Assembly: GCA_029775995.1 (NCBI GenBank)
Contig: JARVJX010000002.1
Location: 1 to 52,394 of the forward strand
Reading direction: 5' to 3'
Length of the DNA stretch: 52,394 nt
Origin: Nitrososphaeria archaeon
Lineage (GTDB): Archaea > Thermoproteota > Nitrososphaeria > Nitrososphaerales > JARVJX01
Shown: positions 1 to 9,311 of the stretch, one piece after another
Position numbering within the stretch: the stretch's first letter is position 1
Layout of the letters: every line of letters starts with the position of its first letter
Notes under the pieces: generated by a model
Database searches by the model: none
What the model saw: the letters and a program-made list of their open reading frames with translations, nothing else
What the model was told of the DNA's origin: nothing
Program-made: the position numbers and the translations under genes

Positions 1-187
1 CACGTTAATGGGTGTGAGAGCTACAACTGGCACCTAAGAACCTTCCTAAGACCTAAGCGAGGAATATCTAGGAGAAAAGCCTCCTCCAAGCATTGGAGCC
101 TCAGCTTACGCTAGAACATAGTGGAAAGATCTAGATCAGCATACAAATGGTTAATAACGATAACCATTCACTAAGGAGGCAAGAGCG
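1..187 (+). mobile_element. Right end of an IS1595-family (ISH4-group-like) element with a degenerate transposase C-terminus
   Basis: Frame 1 reads HVNGCESYNWHLRTFLRPKRGIS, resembling the H-x-N-x-x-E...R-G-I/V-S C-terminal motif of IS1595/ISXO2 transposases, then frameshifts or stops. The segment ends in AAGAGCG (181-187), the reverse complement of the CGCTCTT terminus I recall for ISH4-group elements. Confidence 0.7.
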
Positions 188-456
188 TTTCTGAAATCAA
201 GAATAAAATCTCTTATTCCTGTCCTTGAATTAGGATCCGGATTTCTAATTTCCTTATCTCTCTCAAATATCAGCTGCTTTGGTGTTTTTCTACAAAATTC
301 ACAAAAATATCTTAATGCGTGTAAGTATTGCTTCTGTGATTTATTGCTGACTGTCTTCAACCAAGTTTGAACTTCTTTAAATTGTAGAAACTATTCTGTA
401 GAGAAAGTTTTATATTTTTCCTTATTCTTATTTCCCTTAGTGGGGTCCGATTTCAT
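188..456 (-). pseudogene. Tyrosine recombinase/integrase N-terminal fragment, with an internal TAG and truncated by the IS
   Basis: ATG at 456 is preceded by GAGGTGA. It reads MKSDPTKGNKNKEKYKTFSTE*FLQFKEVQTWLKTVSNKSQKQYLHALRYFCEFCRKTPKQLI, resembling the N-terminal SAM-like domain of archaeal integrases. The frame runs directly into the IS terminus at 187. Confidence 0.65.
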
Positions 457-546
457 CCGCAGTCACCTCACTCAGAGGATCTAGCTTTCCACGGCGAAGC
501 CCCCCTGTAATATTTATCCATTTATTCACCTATTAATATATGGATG

Positions 547-608
547 AGCTTATTTATAAAGCTTTCTATAATTGAATGTATATATTATTGAATAGATAAA
601 TTTATAAA
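547..608. promoter_or_regulatory. Divergent promoter region between the integrase and the wHTH-RM operon
   Basis: TTTATAAA boxes at 553-560 and 601-608 (the latter 30 nt before ATG 639). Imperfect direct repeat TATAATTGAAT (567-577) / TATTATTGAAT (583-593). Confidence 0.4.
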
Positions 609-638
609 TGGATTAACCAATACAATATTTGTGGTAGA

Positions 639-872
639 ATGGAAGATGAAATATCTAAAGCTGCACTTAAAGTAATAAATTCTGCTGAGGAACCTCTCGA
701 AACTAAAGAAGTTGAAGAGAGGGTGAATAAAATTGTTAAGAATGCGACCCGAACAAAATTATTCTATAGACTTAATAATTTGAGAGCAGAAGGATTAATA
801 AAAGGTAAATTCGTTGGACCTGGAAAAGGTGTTTGGATCTGGTGGAAGAGAGGAGTATTTGAAAACAAATAG
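639..872 (+). CDS. Small winged-helix DNA-binding protein, possible RM controller
   Basis: 77 aa with a helix-rich N-terminus, LFYRLNNLRAEGLI recognition-helix pattern and a beta-wing (GKFVGPGKGVWIWW). Ends 8 bp upstream of the MTase. Confidence 0.6.
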   Translation: MEDEISKAALKVINSAEEPLETKEVEERVNKIVKNATRTKLFYRLNNLRAEGLIKGKFVGPGKGVWIWWKRGVFENK

Positions 873-880
873 CGATTAAA

Positions 881-2125
881 ATGTTATTTGGAAAGATAAT
901 AATCGGAGATAGTAGAAAAATGATAGAACTTCAAGATAATAGTGTTGATTTAGTTGTTACATCTCCGCCTTATTGGTATATCAAAGATTATGAAGTTGAA
1001 GGACAAATTGGATATGGACAATCCTTACACGAGTATCTTAAAAGTCTTTATGTTGTTTGGAAAGAGTGTTTTAGAGTTTTAAAACCAGGCGCGAGACTAT
1101 GTATAAACATAGGGGACCAGTTTTTAAGAAGTATAGTTTACGGAAGATATAAGATAACGCCTCTACATTCTGAATTCATTGTTCAATGTGAGAAAATTGG
1201 ATTTGATTATATGGGATCTATTATTTGGCAAAAGAAAACTACTATGAATACAACCGGCGGCGCAAATGTGATGGGTTCTTATCCTTATCCGCCAAGCGGA
1301 CTTGTAGAAATAGATTATGAGTTTATTTTAATTTTTAAGAAGTTAGGTAAAAAAGTGGCATCTTCAGAAGAAATTAAAGAGAAATCTAAATTAACAAAAG
1401 AAGAGTGGAAAGAATATTTTTCTGGACATTGGAATTTTCCTGGAGAAAGACAAATATATCATGAAGCCATGTTTCCAGAAGAATTGCCAAAAAGATTAAT
1501 CAAAATGTACACTTTTGTAGGTGATGTAGTTTTAGATCCTTTTTTAGGGAGTGGAACTACAATTAAAGCCGCATTAAATTTGGGGAGAAATGCAATTGGA
1601 TACGAAATAAACGAAAAATTTTTGCCTATAATTAAGAAGAAGATCGGCATAAATCAAAGCTTGATTGGTTTAGATAAGAAAATAGATATAATAAAGAGAG
1701 ATAAACAAGTAAAAATAGAAGACGTAACAGATTATACCCCTAACATAAAAGATGCAAAACCCCAAATTAGTCCAGAACTATTCAGATTTAAACATGAAAG
1801 GTTATATTCGGTTAAGAAAGTATTAAATGAGGATACACTCGAATTAGATACAGGTTTAATAGTAAGATTGTTGGGCATAAAAATTAAAAAAAATGAGGCA
1901 AAACAATACCTAGAAAAATTTGTAAAGGGGAAGCAAGTATTTCTTAAGTTTGATCCATCTTATAAACCAGAAAAGAACACTATATTTGCATATGTATTCT
2001 TAAAAAATAAAATTTTCATTAATAAAGAAATGCTCAAGCAAGGTATTGCAGATGTGCAAGAAGGTCACTTTCTTTACAAAAATAATTTTATAAAAATTAA
2101 AACAGTGGATGAAAAGAATGGCTAA
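881..2125 (+). CDS. Beta-class N4-cytosine/N6-adenine DNA methyltransferase with a C-terminal SNase-like (thermonuclease) domain
   Basis: Motif IV VTSPPY precedes motif I VLDPFLGSGTT (beta order). The C-terminal part (VKKVLNEDTLEL...VRLLGI...FAYVFL...INKEMLKQGIA) is SNase-like. Confidence 0.9.
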   Translation: MLFGKIIIGDSRKMIELQDNSVDLVVTSPPYWYIKDYEVEGQIGYGQSLHEYLKSLYVVWKECFRVLKPGARLCINIGDQFLRSIVYGRYKITPLHSEFIVQCEKIGFDYMGSIIWQKKTTMNTTGGANVMGSYPYPPSGLVEIDYEFILIFKKLGKKVASSEEIKEKSKLTKEEWKEYFSGHWNFPGERQIYHEAMFPEELPKRLIKMYTFVGDVVLDPFLGSGTTIKAALNLGRNAIGYEINEKFLPIIKKKIGINQSLIGLDKKIDIIKRDKQVKIEDVTDYTPNIKDAKPQISPELFRFKHERLYSVKKVLNEDTLELDTGLIVRLLGIKIKKNEAKQYLEKFVKGKQVFLKFDPSYKPEKNTIFAYVFLKNKIFINKEMLKQGIADVQEGHFLYKNNFIKIKTVDEKNG

Positions 2126-2783
2126 AGAATGGATACTGAATATGGCAAATGGCAGATGGGGGCTCACTAAACAAAATAGAGTTGGTCCAGTAGCTGCTTG
2201 GATAAGAGAATGTAGCCCTAAAGAAATTTTTGAATGAGAAAAATTCTACTACCAAAAATTAAAAGATTTTTTAAGGAATAGAGGTATTAATTTGCAGCCA
2301 AATGAATATTTAGAAAGTTTAGGTAAAATACTTTACACAAAAATAACAGAAGTTCTAAGATCCGAGATGGATGAAGTGACAGAGGAAGAATGCATAGAAT
2401 ACATAAGGAATCTTGCTATTAATAGAACGTTTGAAGGATATATAACTGAGAAAGAAACAATTTATGAACAACTACAAGATATTTTAAATACAAAAATAGA
2501 GCCTGCACCAGATGAATGGGACAGACTTTATAATGTGGATTTTTTTATAAAAATAAAGGACAAGTACATAGGTCTGCAAATAAAACCAGTTACTTTTGAA
2601 CATGCTCCAGAATTTGCTACGAAATGGCAAGAAGCATATAAAATTTCTCATGAAAAATTCACAAAGAAATTTGGAGGAAAAGTCTTCATTGTGTTATCTG
2701 TGAAAAAAGAGAAAAAGAAAGTTATTTTTAACTCACAGGTTATTGATGAAATAAAAGAAGAAATTAATAGATTAACTTCATAA
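2118..2783 (+). pseudogene. MjaI-family type II restriction endonuclease interrupted by an in-frame TGA
   Basis: ATG 2118 overlaps the MTase stop. MAKEWILNMANGRWGLTKQNRVGPVAAWIRECSPKEIFE*EKFYY continues in frame into ORF 2292-2783, which has a PD-(D/E)xK-like D...VDF...GLQIKP motif. The stop is at 2235-2237. Confidence 0.75.
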
Positions 2784-2934
2784 GAACTTAAAAGGGTAAA
2801 TATACCCTTAAAAGGTACTTAAATTTATTTATCATCTTAAAATCTTTTAAGGTTATATCATCTGAAAAACAAAAAGGATTAGCCTTAATACTAGGGAATC
2901 TAACTGTTAATTTCTTTTTAAAATTTGCTTGAGA

Positions 2935-3972
2935 TTAAATCTTCGGTAATTCCAGGTCAAGCTCCTTTGCAACTCTTAGCAATGAATTCCAGGTGTTTTT
3001 ATCTATTGGTATTCCTTCCTTACTTCTCTTTTCCGCTCTTATATCCTCTAACTCGCCTGGCAAATAAACCCTTTCTTGACCTTCCCAAGGCTTTGTAGAC
3101 CTTATTCTTTTTACAAGCCTCATAGTATCCTTTAAATAATCATTAAAACTTCTTAAGGATTCTATATTTAGGGCTTGAACATAAAATCCTCCTTGAGTAT
3201 AAGGTGTTAGCAAGATTTCATAAGATAACTTTGAGTTACATAAAATTGCTGTGTAAAGTTCTACCATAAGCATTAACCCATAACCTTTATACTCACCGAA
3301 GGGAAGCAAGGCACCCTCCAAAGCTTTTTTAGGGTCTGTTGTTTGCTTACCCTCCTTATCAAGGGCCCAACCCAATGGTATGCTTTTTCCACTTTCTGCA
3401 GCCATCATGATTTTCATACCAGCTATTACAGTGCTTGCCATATCCAACAAGATGGGTTTCTCCTCATAAGGAAATACCATGCAGATTGGATTTGTCCCGA
3501 AAACCTTCTCAGTTCCTCCCCAAGGGGCTACCATGGCTGGTCCATTTGTAAATATGATTCCTGCCATCTTTTTTGAAGCTATTAGTAAACCATAGTACCC
3601 TAACATGCCAACATGGGATAGGTTAAAGGTACAAACAGACCCAATACCATGCTTTATAGCCTTCTCTATGGCAAGGTTTGTAGCCTCTTTTGCAACTATC
3701 TGACCTAAACCCATATCACCATTCATTAGAGCAATAGAAGGATTATCTTTGACTAAACTTATTCTTGGATCTCTGTTTATGTATCCATCCTTAATCCCTT
3801 GAAGATAGTACTCTACTCTTATAACTCCATGACTATCTACACCTCTTAGATTTGCTAAAACTAAATGATTTGCTACTTCCTCAGCATGCTCTTTCTTTAT
3901 TCCAGCTTTGATAAAGGCCCTCCTTACAAAATTTTTTAAATCCTCACTCCAAACCTTTACTTCTTCTCTCAC
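2935..3972 (-). CDS. Ldh_2-family NAD(P)-dependent 2-hydroxyacid/malate dehydrogenase (ComC/AllD-like)
   Basis: Motifs ANLRGVDSHG, SHVGMLGYY, GTNPI, LDMAST, YKGYGL, LPGE. Likely start is GTG at 3972, not 4044. Confidence 0.9.
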   Translation of the reverse strand: MREEVKVWSEDLKNFVRRAFIKAGIKKEHAEEVANHLVLANLRGVDSHGVIRVEYYLQGIKDGYINRDPRISLVKDNPSIALMNGDMGLGQIVAKEATNLAIEKAIKHGIGSVCTFNLSHVGMLGYYGLLIASKKMAGIIFTNGPAMVAPWGGTEKVFGTNPICMVFPYEEKPILLDMASTVIAGMKIMMAAESGKSIPLGWALDKEGKQTTDPKKALEGALLPFGEYKGYGLMLMVELYTAILCNSKLSYEILLTPYTQGGFYVQALNIESLRSFNDYLKDTMRLVKRIRSTKPWEGQERVYLPGELEDIRAEKRSKEGIPIDKNTWNSLLRVAKELDLELPKI

Positions 3973-4095
3973 AGCACTACTATTAAATAACCCATGATAA
4001 ATTTTTTGAATCAGTATAGTTAATGTAATACAATTTCTGCCCATTTGAGTATTCTATGGATAAAGATTTATGAGGAAGCTAAACTAAAAATTACT

Positions 4096-4323
4096 GTGAG
4101 TCAGCTAGAAAGCTTTACTCTCTTGGGTCTTTTCTTCATAATTTTAGGAATAGCCCTAATCCTAATGCCCTTTTTAATGAAGATAATAAACCTTCAAAAC
4201 CTTGAAAAGATACCTTCCTTCATAATTTACATTTATAAGTCTAATGGCTTTTATTTTGTAACCTCTCCTATCTTAATAGCTTTGAGCTTGCTCTTTCTTC
4301 TCTTAGCTTTGCTAAGAGGATAG
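4096..4323 (+). CDS. Small hydrophobic membrane protein
   Basis: Two hydrophobic segments. GTG start at 4096 inferred (ORF track starts at 4045). Confidence 0.55.
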   Translation: MSQLESFTLLGLFFIILGIALILMPFLMKIINLQNLEKIPSFIIYIYKSNGFYFVTSPILIALSLLFLLLALLRG

Positions 4324-6297
4324 ATCTATTATTTCACCTATAGATTTATCTATCCTTATACCTGGCAAAGTTTCTTCTATTTTTTTCCTAAATTCCCCTG
4401 ACTTTAGTAGGCTTAGAAAATCCTTTACTATCCCTTTATCCAACCTTTCCTTTAAAATTATAAAGTCATAAAGCTCTTCAGCTATAGGTATAAAATCAAG
4501 GTTATACAGGCTTGCTGCAGTCTTAATTCCTATTCCTACATCAACTTTCCCATCCTTTACAGCCAATGCTATAGGAGTATGAGCTTTAGCCTCTAAATCG
4601 TATCCATTAAGCTTTGAAACTAACTCGTCAAAAGAAATACCTTTTTTCTCTGCCAACTCCTTTAACTTTAAGTCGAAGAGTATTCTTGTACCTGAGCCTT
4701 TGTTTCTATTCAAAATCCTAACATCTTTTCTTAAAAGATCCTCTAAGGTGTTAATGTTTTTAGGATTTCCCCTTTGAACGATCAATCCTTGCTCTCTAAT
4801 GTAACCTCTAACCAATAAAACATCTTCAGTAAGAGAATACTTTTTTATGTAAGGAACATTATAACTTTGAGTTTCTTCATCAATTAGATGAATTCCAGCT
4901 ATATCAGCTTCTTTCTTCTTTATAGCCATTAACCCCCCTAAGGAACCTATGTTGATAACCTTAACCATGAGATTAGGAATCTTTTTATAGAGCAAAAGTA
5001 TCAATTGGTCCAAACCTAGATCATGACTACCTATAAAAACCAAATCAGCAACTTTAAGCCTAGAACCAAAAAGATTGACTTGAACCTCTTCCCCTTCATC
5101 TAAGTAGTGGGTTCCTTGGGGCACATCGACATAACCATCGGCTAAAGCTAATGCACTTATAGCTCCAGAGCTCAAACCAACTTCATAAACAGAGTAGCCT
5201 TTACTTGTATTGATGATATGAACAGGTAATAGCTCTCTTCTACCCTTACCACAATCTATCCTCTTAGCTACCTTTGCCCTAATACTAATTAAAGGTAAAT
5301 CCTCTTGATTAGTTAGGGACAAAATTACTGGTCTAACTATTAAGTGAAAGATCATTAGGGCTGAAGTAGGATAGCCAGGCAATCCTATAACGATCTTTTC
5401 ATTTACAATGGCTATTACCGTGGGCTTTCCGGGTTTAACACTTAAACCATGAACAATAACTCCTGGCTCTCCTAAAGAATCCAAAACTTTGTAAATTAAA
5501 TCTCCCTTTCCAGCTGAAGTGCTTCCTGATGTTAAAACTATATCACAAAGCTTTAAAGCTTCTTTTAACTTCTCCTTCATCTCTCCTTCATCATCTTTAA
5601 CTACCCCTAGAAAGAGGGGTTCACAACCTAACTCTATTAGAGATGAAGCCAAAGTGTAAGAGTTAATATCGTAAATCTTTCCATAATTTAAGGGCTTACC
5701 CAAACTCTCTAACTCTTGCCCCGTGGAGATTATACCAACTTTTAATCTTTTGTAAACTTTTATTTTACTCTTACCAATTGCAGCTAAAACTCCAATCTCC
5801 CTTGGAGTTATCCTTTGTCCCTCTCTTAATACCAGCTCACCAGCCCTTATATCCCCACCAGCACTCATTACATTCTCCCCAGGAACCACAGCCCTTCTTA
5901 TTCTAACCTTGTTCCCTACTCTTGTTGTATATTCTACCATAACTACTGCATTAGCTCCAGTAGGGAGAGGAGACCCTGTAGAGATCTCACAGGCTTCTCC
6001 TCTATTAACCTCAAAGGTAGGATTTTCCCCAGCTTTTATACTTCCTACGATCTCTAAATCTGCAAAATTTTCTTCATCACAACCATAGGTATCTATAGCT
6101 CTAACAGCAAACCCATCCATAACAGCCCTATCAAAGCTTGGAACATCTATATCCGAGAATACGTCTTCAGCCATTACTCTACTTAAGGAATTTAATAGGT
6201 TGACTTCCTCAAAACCCAATTTGTAATTCTTTATGTAAGGTTTTAAAAGGTCTAAAGCCTCTTCAACACTAACCAAATTCTTAAAGATCTTTTGCAA
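4312..6297 (-). CDS. moeA: Molybdopterin molybdenumtransferase MoeA fused to a C-terminal PBP (LysR-substrate-binding-like) domain
   Basis: PSFDRAVMDGFAV, STGQEL, GSTSAGKGD, KPGKPT, LPGYPTS. C-terminal GSHD...AGIHL...REQGL...NRNKGSGTR PBP domain typical of archaeal MoeA. Confidence 0.93.
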   Translation of the reverse strand: MQKIFKNLVSVEEALDLLKPYIKNYKLGFEEVNLLNSLSRVMAEDVFSDIDVPSFDRAVMDGFAVRAIDTYGCDEENFADLEIVGSIKAGENPTFEVNRGEACEISTGSPLPTGANAVVMVEYTTRVGNKVRIRRAVVPGENVMSAGGDIRAGELVLREGQRITPREIGVLAAIGKSKIKVYKRLKVGIISTGQELESLGKPLNYGKIYDINSYTLASSLIELGCEPLFLGVVKDDEGEMKEKLKEALKLCDIVLTSGSTSAGKGDLIYKVLDSLGEPGVIVHGLSVKPGKPTVIAIVNEKIVIGLPGYPTSALMIFHLIVRPVILSLTNQEDLPLISIRAKVAKRIDCGKGRRELLPVHIINTSKGYSVYEVGLSSGAISALALADGYVDVPQGTHYLDEGEEVQVNLFGSRLKVADLVFIGSHDLGLDQLILLLYKKIPNLMVKVINIGSLGGLMAIKKKEADIAGIHLIDEETQSYNVPYIKKYSLTEDVLLVRGYIREQGLIVQRGNPKNINTLEDLLRKDVRILNRNKGSGTRILFDLKLKELAEKKGISFDELVSKLNGYDLEAKAHTPIALAVKDGKVDVGIGIKTAASLYNLDFIPIAEELYDFIILKERLDKGIVKDFLSLLKSGEFRKKIEETLPGIRIDKSIGEIIDLSS

Positions 6298-6301
6298 AAT
6301 T

Positions 6302-7525
6302 TCACCTCAGTAATGTAACTTCCACTTCTTCTCCTTCTTCTAGGCCTTCTTTATCTTCAGGAACAATTATTATACCATCAGCTTTGCTCATGCTTGATAT
6401 AATTCCTGCACCGAAGGTTCTAATGGGCTCAGCAAATAATCCATGGTTCTCTAGCAATTTAACCCTAACGTAGGTTCTTAACCCTCCTATGGTAGCTGCC
6501 CTTCTAAGCATCTTCGCCTTAACCTTACTTTCCTTAGGAGGTATGGCCCCCATAAGCTTATAAATAATAGGTTTGACTAGGGCATCAAAACAAACCATGG
6601 TGCTAACAGGGTATCCAGGTAGTAAAAAAACGATCCTATTATCTATTAAAGCGGCACCCGCTGGAGCACCAGGTCTCAAAGCTACTCCATGGAAAAGGAA
6701 TTTTGAGTTTTGAAAGGAGTTAATAACATCAGGAATTAGGTCTCTTTCCCCCACAGAGGTTCCTCCAGAAATTAATGTTATTTGAGCTTCTTTTAAGCTT
6801 CTAAAAACTTTATCCCTTATTTCATTTATATCATCCTTTGCTATTCCAAAATCTATTACATCACATGCTATCTTTTTACAGAGAGAGGATAAGCTATATC
6901 TGTTAACATCGTAAACCTGATCCTCATCCTTCTTTATACCCACTTCAACCAATTCGTTACCTGTGGATATGATTCCTATCTTTGGTTTTTTCACCACTTT
7001 TATTTTACTGTATCCTAAAGCTGCTAAAAGAGCTATTTGTTGAGGGTTGATTATTTTTCCTCTCTCTATTAAAAGCTCACCCTTCTTTACATCCTCTCCA
7101 ACTCTCGCTATATTTTTCCAAGGTGGTACTGATTGGTAAACCTCGATTTCTTCATCACTAATTTTCTTTGCTTCCTCCACCATTACAAGGGCATCAGCTC
7201 CCTCAGGAATAGGTGAACCTGTGGCTGTGTATTTTGCTTCTCCTTTACTTATCTTTCCATCCCTAGAAAGTTTTAATAGTATAGGATTGTGTTTAGTAGC
7301 CCCTAGGGTATCATCTGCTTTAACACTATAACCATCCATGGCCGCTCTATTAACAGAAGGGATATCTACTTCAGAAAATATATTCTCGTAATTTACTCTA
7401 TCCAAGGAGTCTAGTAGATTAACTTCTTCATAACCTAAAGAATATCCTTTAAGATGCTCTTCAATCCTCTTTATGGCTTCATCAATTCTTATATAATGCT
7501 TAAATCCTTTATCTCTAACATCCAT
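6302..7525 (-). CDS. moeA: Molybdopterin molybdenumtransferase MoeA
   Basis: NRAAMDGY, STGNEL, SGGTSVGERD, LRPG, LPGYPVS motifs. Tandem with the second moeA. Confidence 0.93.
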   Translation of the reverse strand: MDVRDKGFKHYIRIDEAIKRIEEHLKGYSLGYEEVNLLDSLDRVNYENIFSEVDIPSVNRAAMDGYSVKADDTLGATKHNPILLKLSRDGKISKGEAKYTATGSPIPEGADALVMVEEAKKISDEEIEVYQSVPPWKNIARVGEDVKKGELLIERGKIINPQQIALLAALGYSKIKVVKKPKIGIISTGNELVEVGIKKDEDQVYDVNRYSLSSLCKKIACDVIDFGIAKDDINEIRDKVFRSLKEAQITLISGGTSVGERDLIPDVINSFQNSKFLFHGVALRPGAPAGAALIDNRIVFLLPGYPVSTMVCFDALVKPIIYKLMGAIPPKESKVKAKMLRRAATIGGLRTYVRVKLLENHGLFAEPIRTFGAGIISSMSKADGIIIVPEDKEGLEEGEEVEVTLLR

Positions 7526-7657
7526 TCTTACTTTCTCTTCTTCACAAATACTTATTAATCTTTAGATGGTGTAAATTATTTTTTACAAAAAGGTCTTAAA
7601 ATTTAATTAATAGAAGCTTTTATTAAGCCCTTTCTTCTATCTCTTGAATGAGGGAGG

Positions 7658-8293
7658 TTGGTAAGCTTAGCCTATTTAGAGGTATCAGTGCTTTTATTAG
7701 GTTCTTTCATAGGCTCAATGGTAGCCTATTCTTCCTTCAAAGGTTACAAAATTACTGGAAGTCCTACTTTGGTAAGATTGGCTTTCGCCTTCTTTCTTCT
7801 AAGCTTAGGGCTAATTATAGAAGGAACAAAAGAAATCTTTGGATCGTTGATAGGCTTTCTAGATCTTTCTGTATTGGAGGCTTCCCTTCAAGCTTCAGGT
7901 TACTTTTTATTGGCTTTTTCTCATGCCATGAATGTTCTAACAATACAGAAAATTCAGAGAATAGGGACTTTGGGTTTTCTTGCTCCTATAGCATTAAATG
8001 CTCTCTTTACCCTTCGTTCTCTAGCTTTACTCTTCCTTCTTTACGCTACCACAGAAACCTTCTTATCTTACTTGAGGGAAAAGAAGAGGAATACCCTGAT
8101 AATAGCTTTAGGTCTTGTTTTTCTTATAGTCGGAGAGCTCTTAAGATGGTTAAGTTACTTTTACCCACCCTTAAGCCTTATTTCAATCTTCTCTATAAGT
8201 TTAAAAGTTATAGGCTTCTCAACCCTCCTTATTCCTGTGGTTATTCTCATAGGTAGGGGAGGTAAATATCATGAGCTACAGAAATCAGATTAG
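7658..8293 (+). CDS. Multi-pass membrane protein of unknown function (about 7 TM)
   Basis: Alternating hydrophobic helices and a GGAGG RBS. Overlaps the downstream wHTH gene by 23 bp. Confidence 0.7.
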   Translation: MVSLAYLEVSVLLLGSFIGSMVAYSSFKGYKITGSPTLVRLAFAFFLLSLGLIIEGTKEIFGSLIGFLDLSVLEASLQASGYFLLAFSHAMNVLTIQKIQRIGTLGFLAPIALNALFTLRSLALLFLLYATTETFLSYLREKKRNTLIIALGLVFLIVGELLRWLSYFYPPLSLISIFSISLKVIGFSTLLIPVVILIGRGGKYHELQKSD

Positions 8294-8552
8294 AATTATT
8301 GCAGATATATTATCTGTAACTAAAGATTATGGAGAAGAGGAAGGAGTAGGAATAACCACCATTCTTAGAAAGGCCAATTTATCCTATTCAAGATTGATGC
8401 AGATACTTAGAGATTTAATTAAAGCAGGCTTAATTATTGAAATTGAAAGGGATAAGGGCAGCAAATATATGATTAGTGATAAGGGCAAGAAATTTTTGCA
8501 AGCTTACATTCAATTTGAAGACTTTGCCCAATCTTATGGTTTAAGGCTTTAA
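8271..8552 (+). CDS. Archaeal winged-helix transcription regulator
   Basis: R...IIADIL...ITTILRKANLSY...L...GLI...Y.IS.KGK.FL pattern of the archaeal HTH_45-like family. Confidence 0.85.
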   Translation: MSYRNQIRIIADILSVTKDYGEEEGVGITTILRKANLSYSRLMQILRDLIKAGLIIEIERDKGSKYMISDKGKKFLQAYIQFEDFAQSYGLRL

Positions 8553-9244
8553 TCTAAGCTAACTTTAACATATCCATTCAATTCTATCTTATTGAACTCT
8601 GAAATTTTCTTAAACTTTATAGCTGAAATCTTAACTCCTTTTTCATAGGCAATCTTAAAGGCTTCATAAAATTTCTTATCTACTTCTTTGTTTGGCTTAA
8701 AGAGCTTTGCATCAGAGCGCTGTATTACGAACAAAACATAGCAATCATAGCCTTCTTCAATAAGTCTGCTCATTTCTAAGAGGTGTTTAGCCCCTCTTTC
8801 TGTTGGTGCGTCAGGAAAGAGTGCTATTCCCTTAACAACCAAAGTAACCGATTTAACCTCTAGGAGCTTTTTTTTCTCACCATCTAAAAGGAGAAAGTCA
8901 AATCGGCTTCCCTTAACTCTATATTCCTTTATTATTTTATCATAGTTCCCAAAGATCTCTATTTTTCTTTTCATCAAATTCTCATAAATTATCCTATTGG
9001 GGAATCTTGAATCTAAACTTACCAATTCCTTACCAAGCTCAGACCCTATTATCTCATATCTCAAGCCTCCCCTACGAAATTTATTCCTCTTTCTTTTGAT
9101 TAAGAAGAGCTTGTTATTTGAGGTTAATACCTCTCTTAACCTTCCAGGATTTGGCAAATAGGCCAACCCTAACTTACCTCTAATTTTGATTAAGCAGGTG
9201 AATCTGTTTTTTCTTTCAACAAAGTATCCCTCTAGAACCTTCAC
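8549..9244 (-). CDS. sfsA: SfsA family DNA/RNA nuclease (sugar fermentation stimulation protein)
   Basis: R.NRF, PNPGRL, SRFDFLL, EVKSVTL, FPDAPTERGAKHL motifs. Confidence 0.95.
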   Translation of the reverse strand: MKVLEGYFVERKNRFTCLIKIRGKLGLAYLPNPGRLREVLTSNNKLFLIKRKRNKFRRGGLRYEIIGSELGKELVSLDSRFPNRIIYENLMKRKIEIFGNYDKIIKEYRVKGSRFDFLLLDGEKKKLLEVKSVTLVVKGIALFPDAPTERGAKHLLEMSRLIEEGYDCYVLFVIQRSDAKLFKPNKEVDKKFYEAFKIAYEKGVKISAIKFKKISEFNKIELNGYVKVSLD

Positions 9245-9311
9245 GTCAAAAATTCTTTTACTACTCTTTTATACTTTAAAACTTTTAAAAGGGAAAAAAG
9301 TAAGCTATAAC

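Noticed and set aside
2235-2237. Stop-codon recoding (TGA as Trp/Sec here, TAG as Pyl in the integrase)
   Set aside because: TGA and TAG act as ordinary stops for many intact genes in the window; both cases lie in one decaying element.
2792-2809. Inverted repeat AAGGGTA-N4-TACCCTT after the endonuclease, as a terminator or att site
   Set aside because: Short, with no second copy visible and no independent support.
7648-8256. 202-aa alternative-frame ORF, and other short overlapping or antisense ORFs (e.g. 1459, 3343, 11592, 20775, 32640, 38291, 43351)
   Set aside because: Shadow frames of well-supported genes or pseudogenes, with no motifs.
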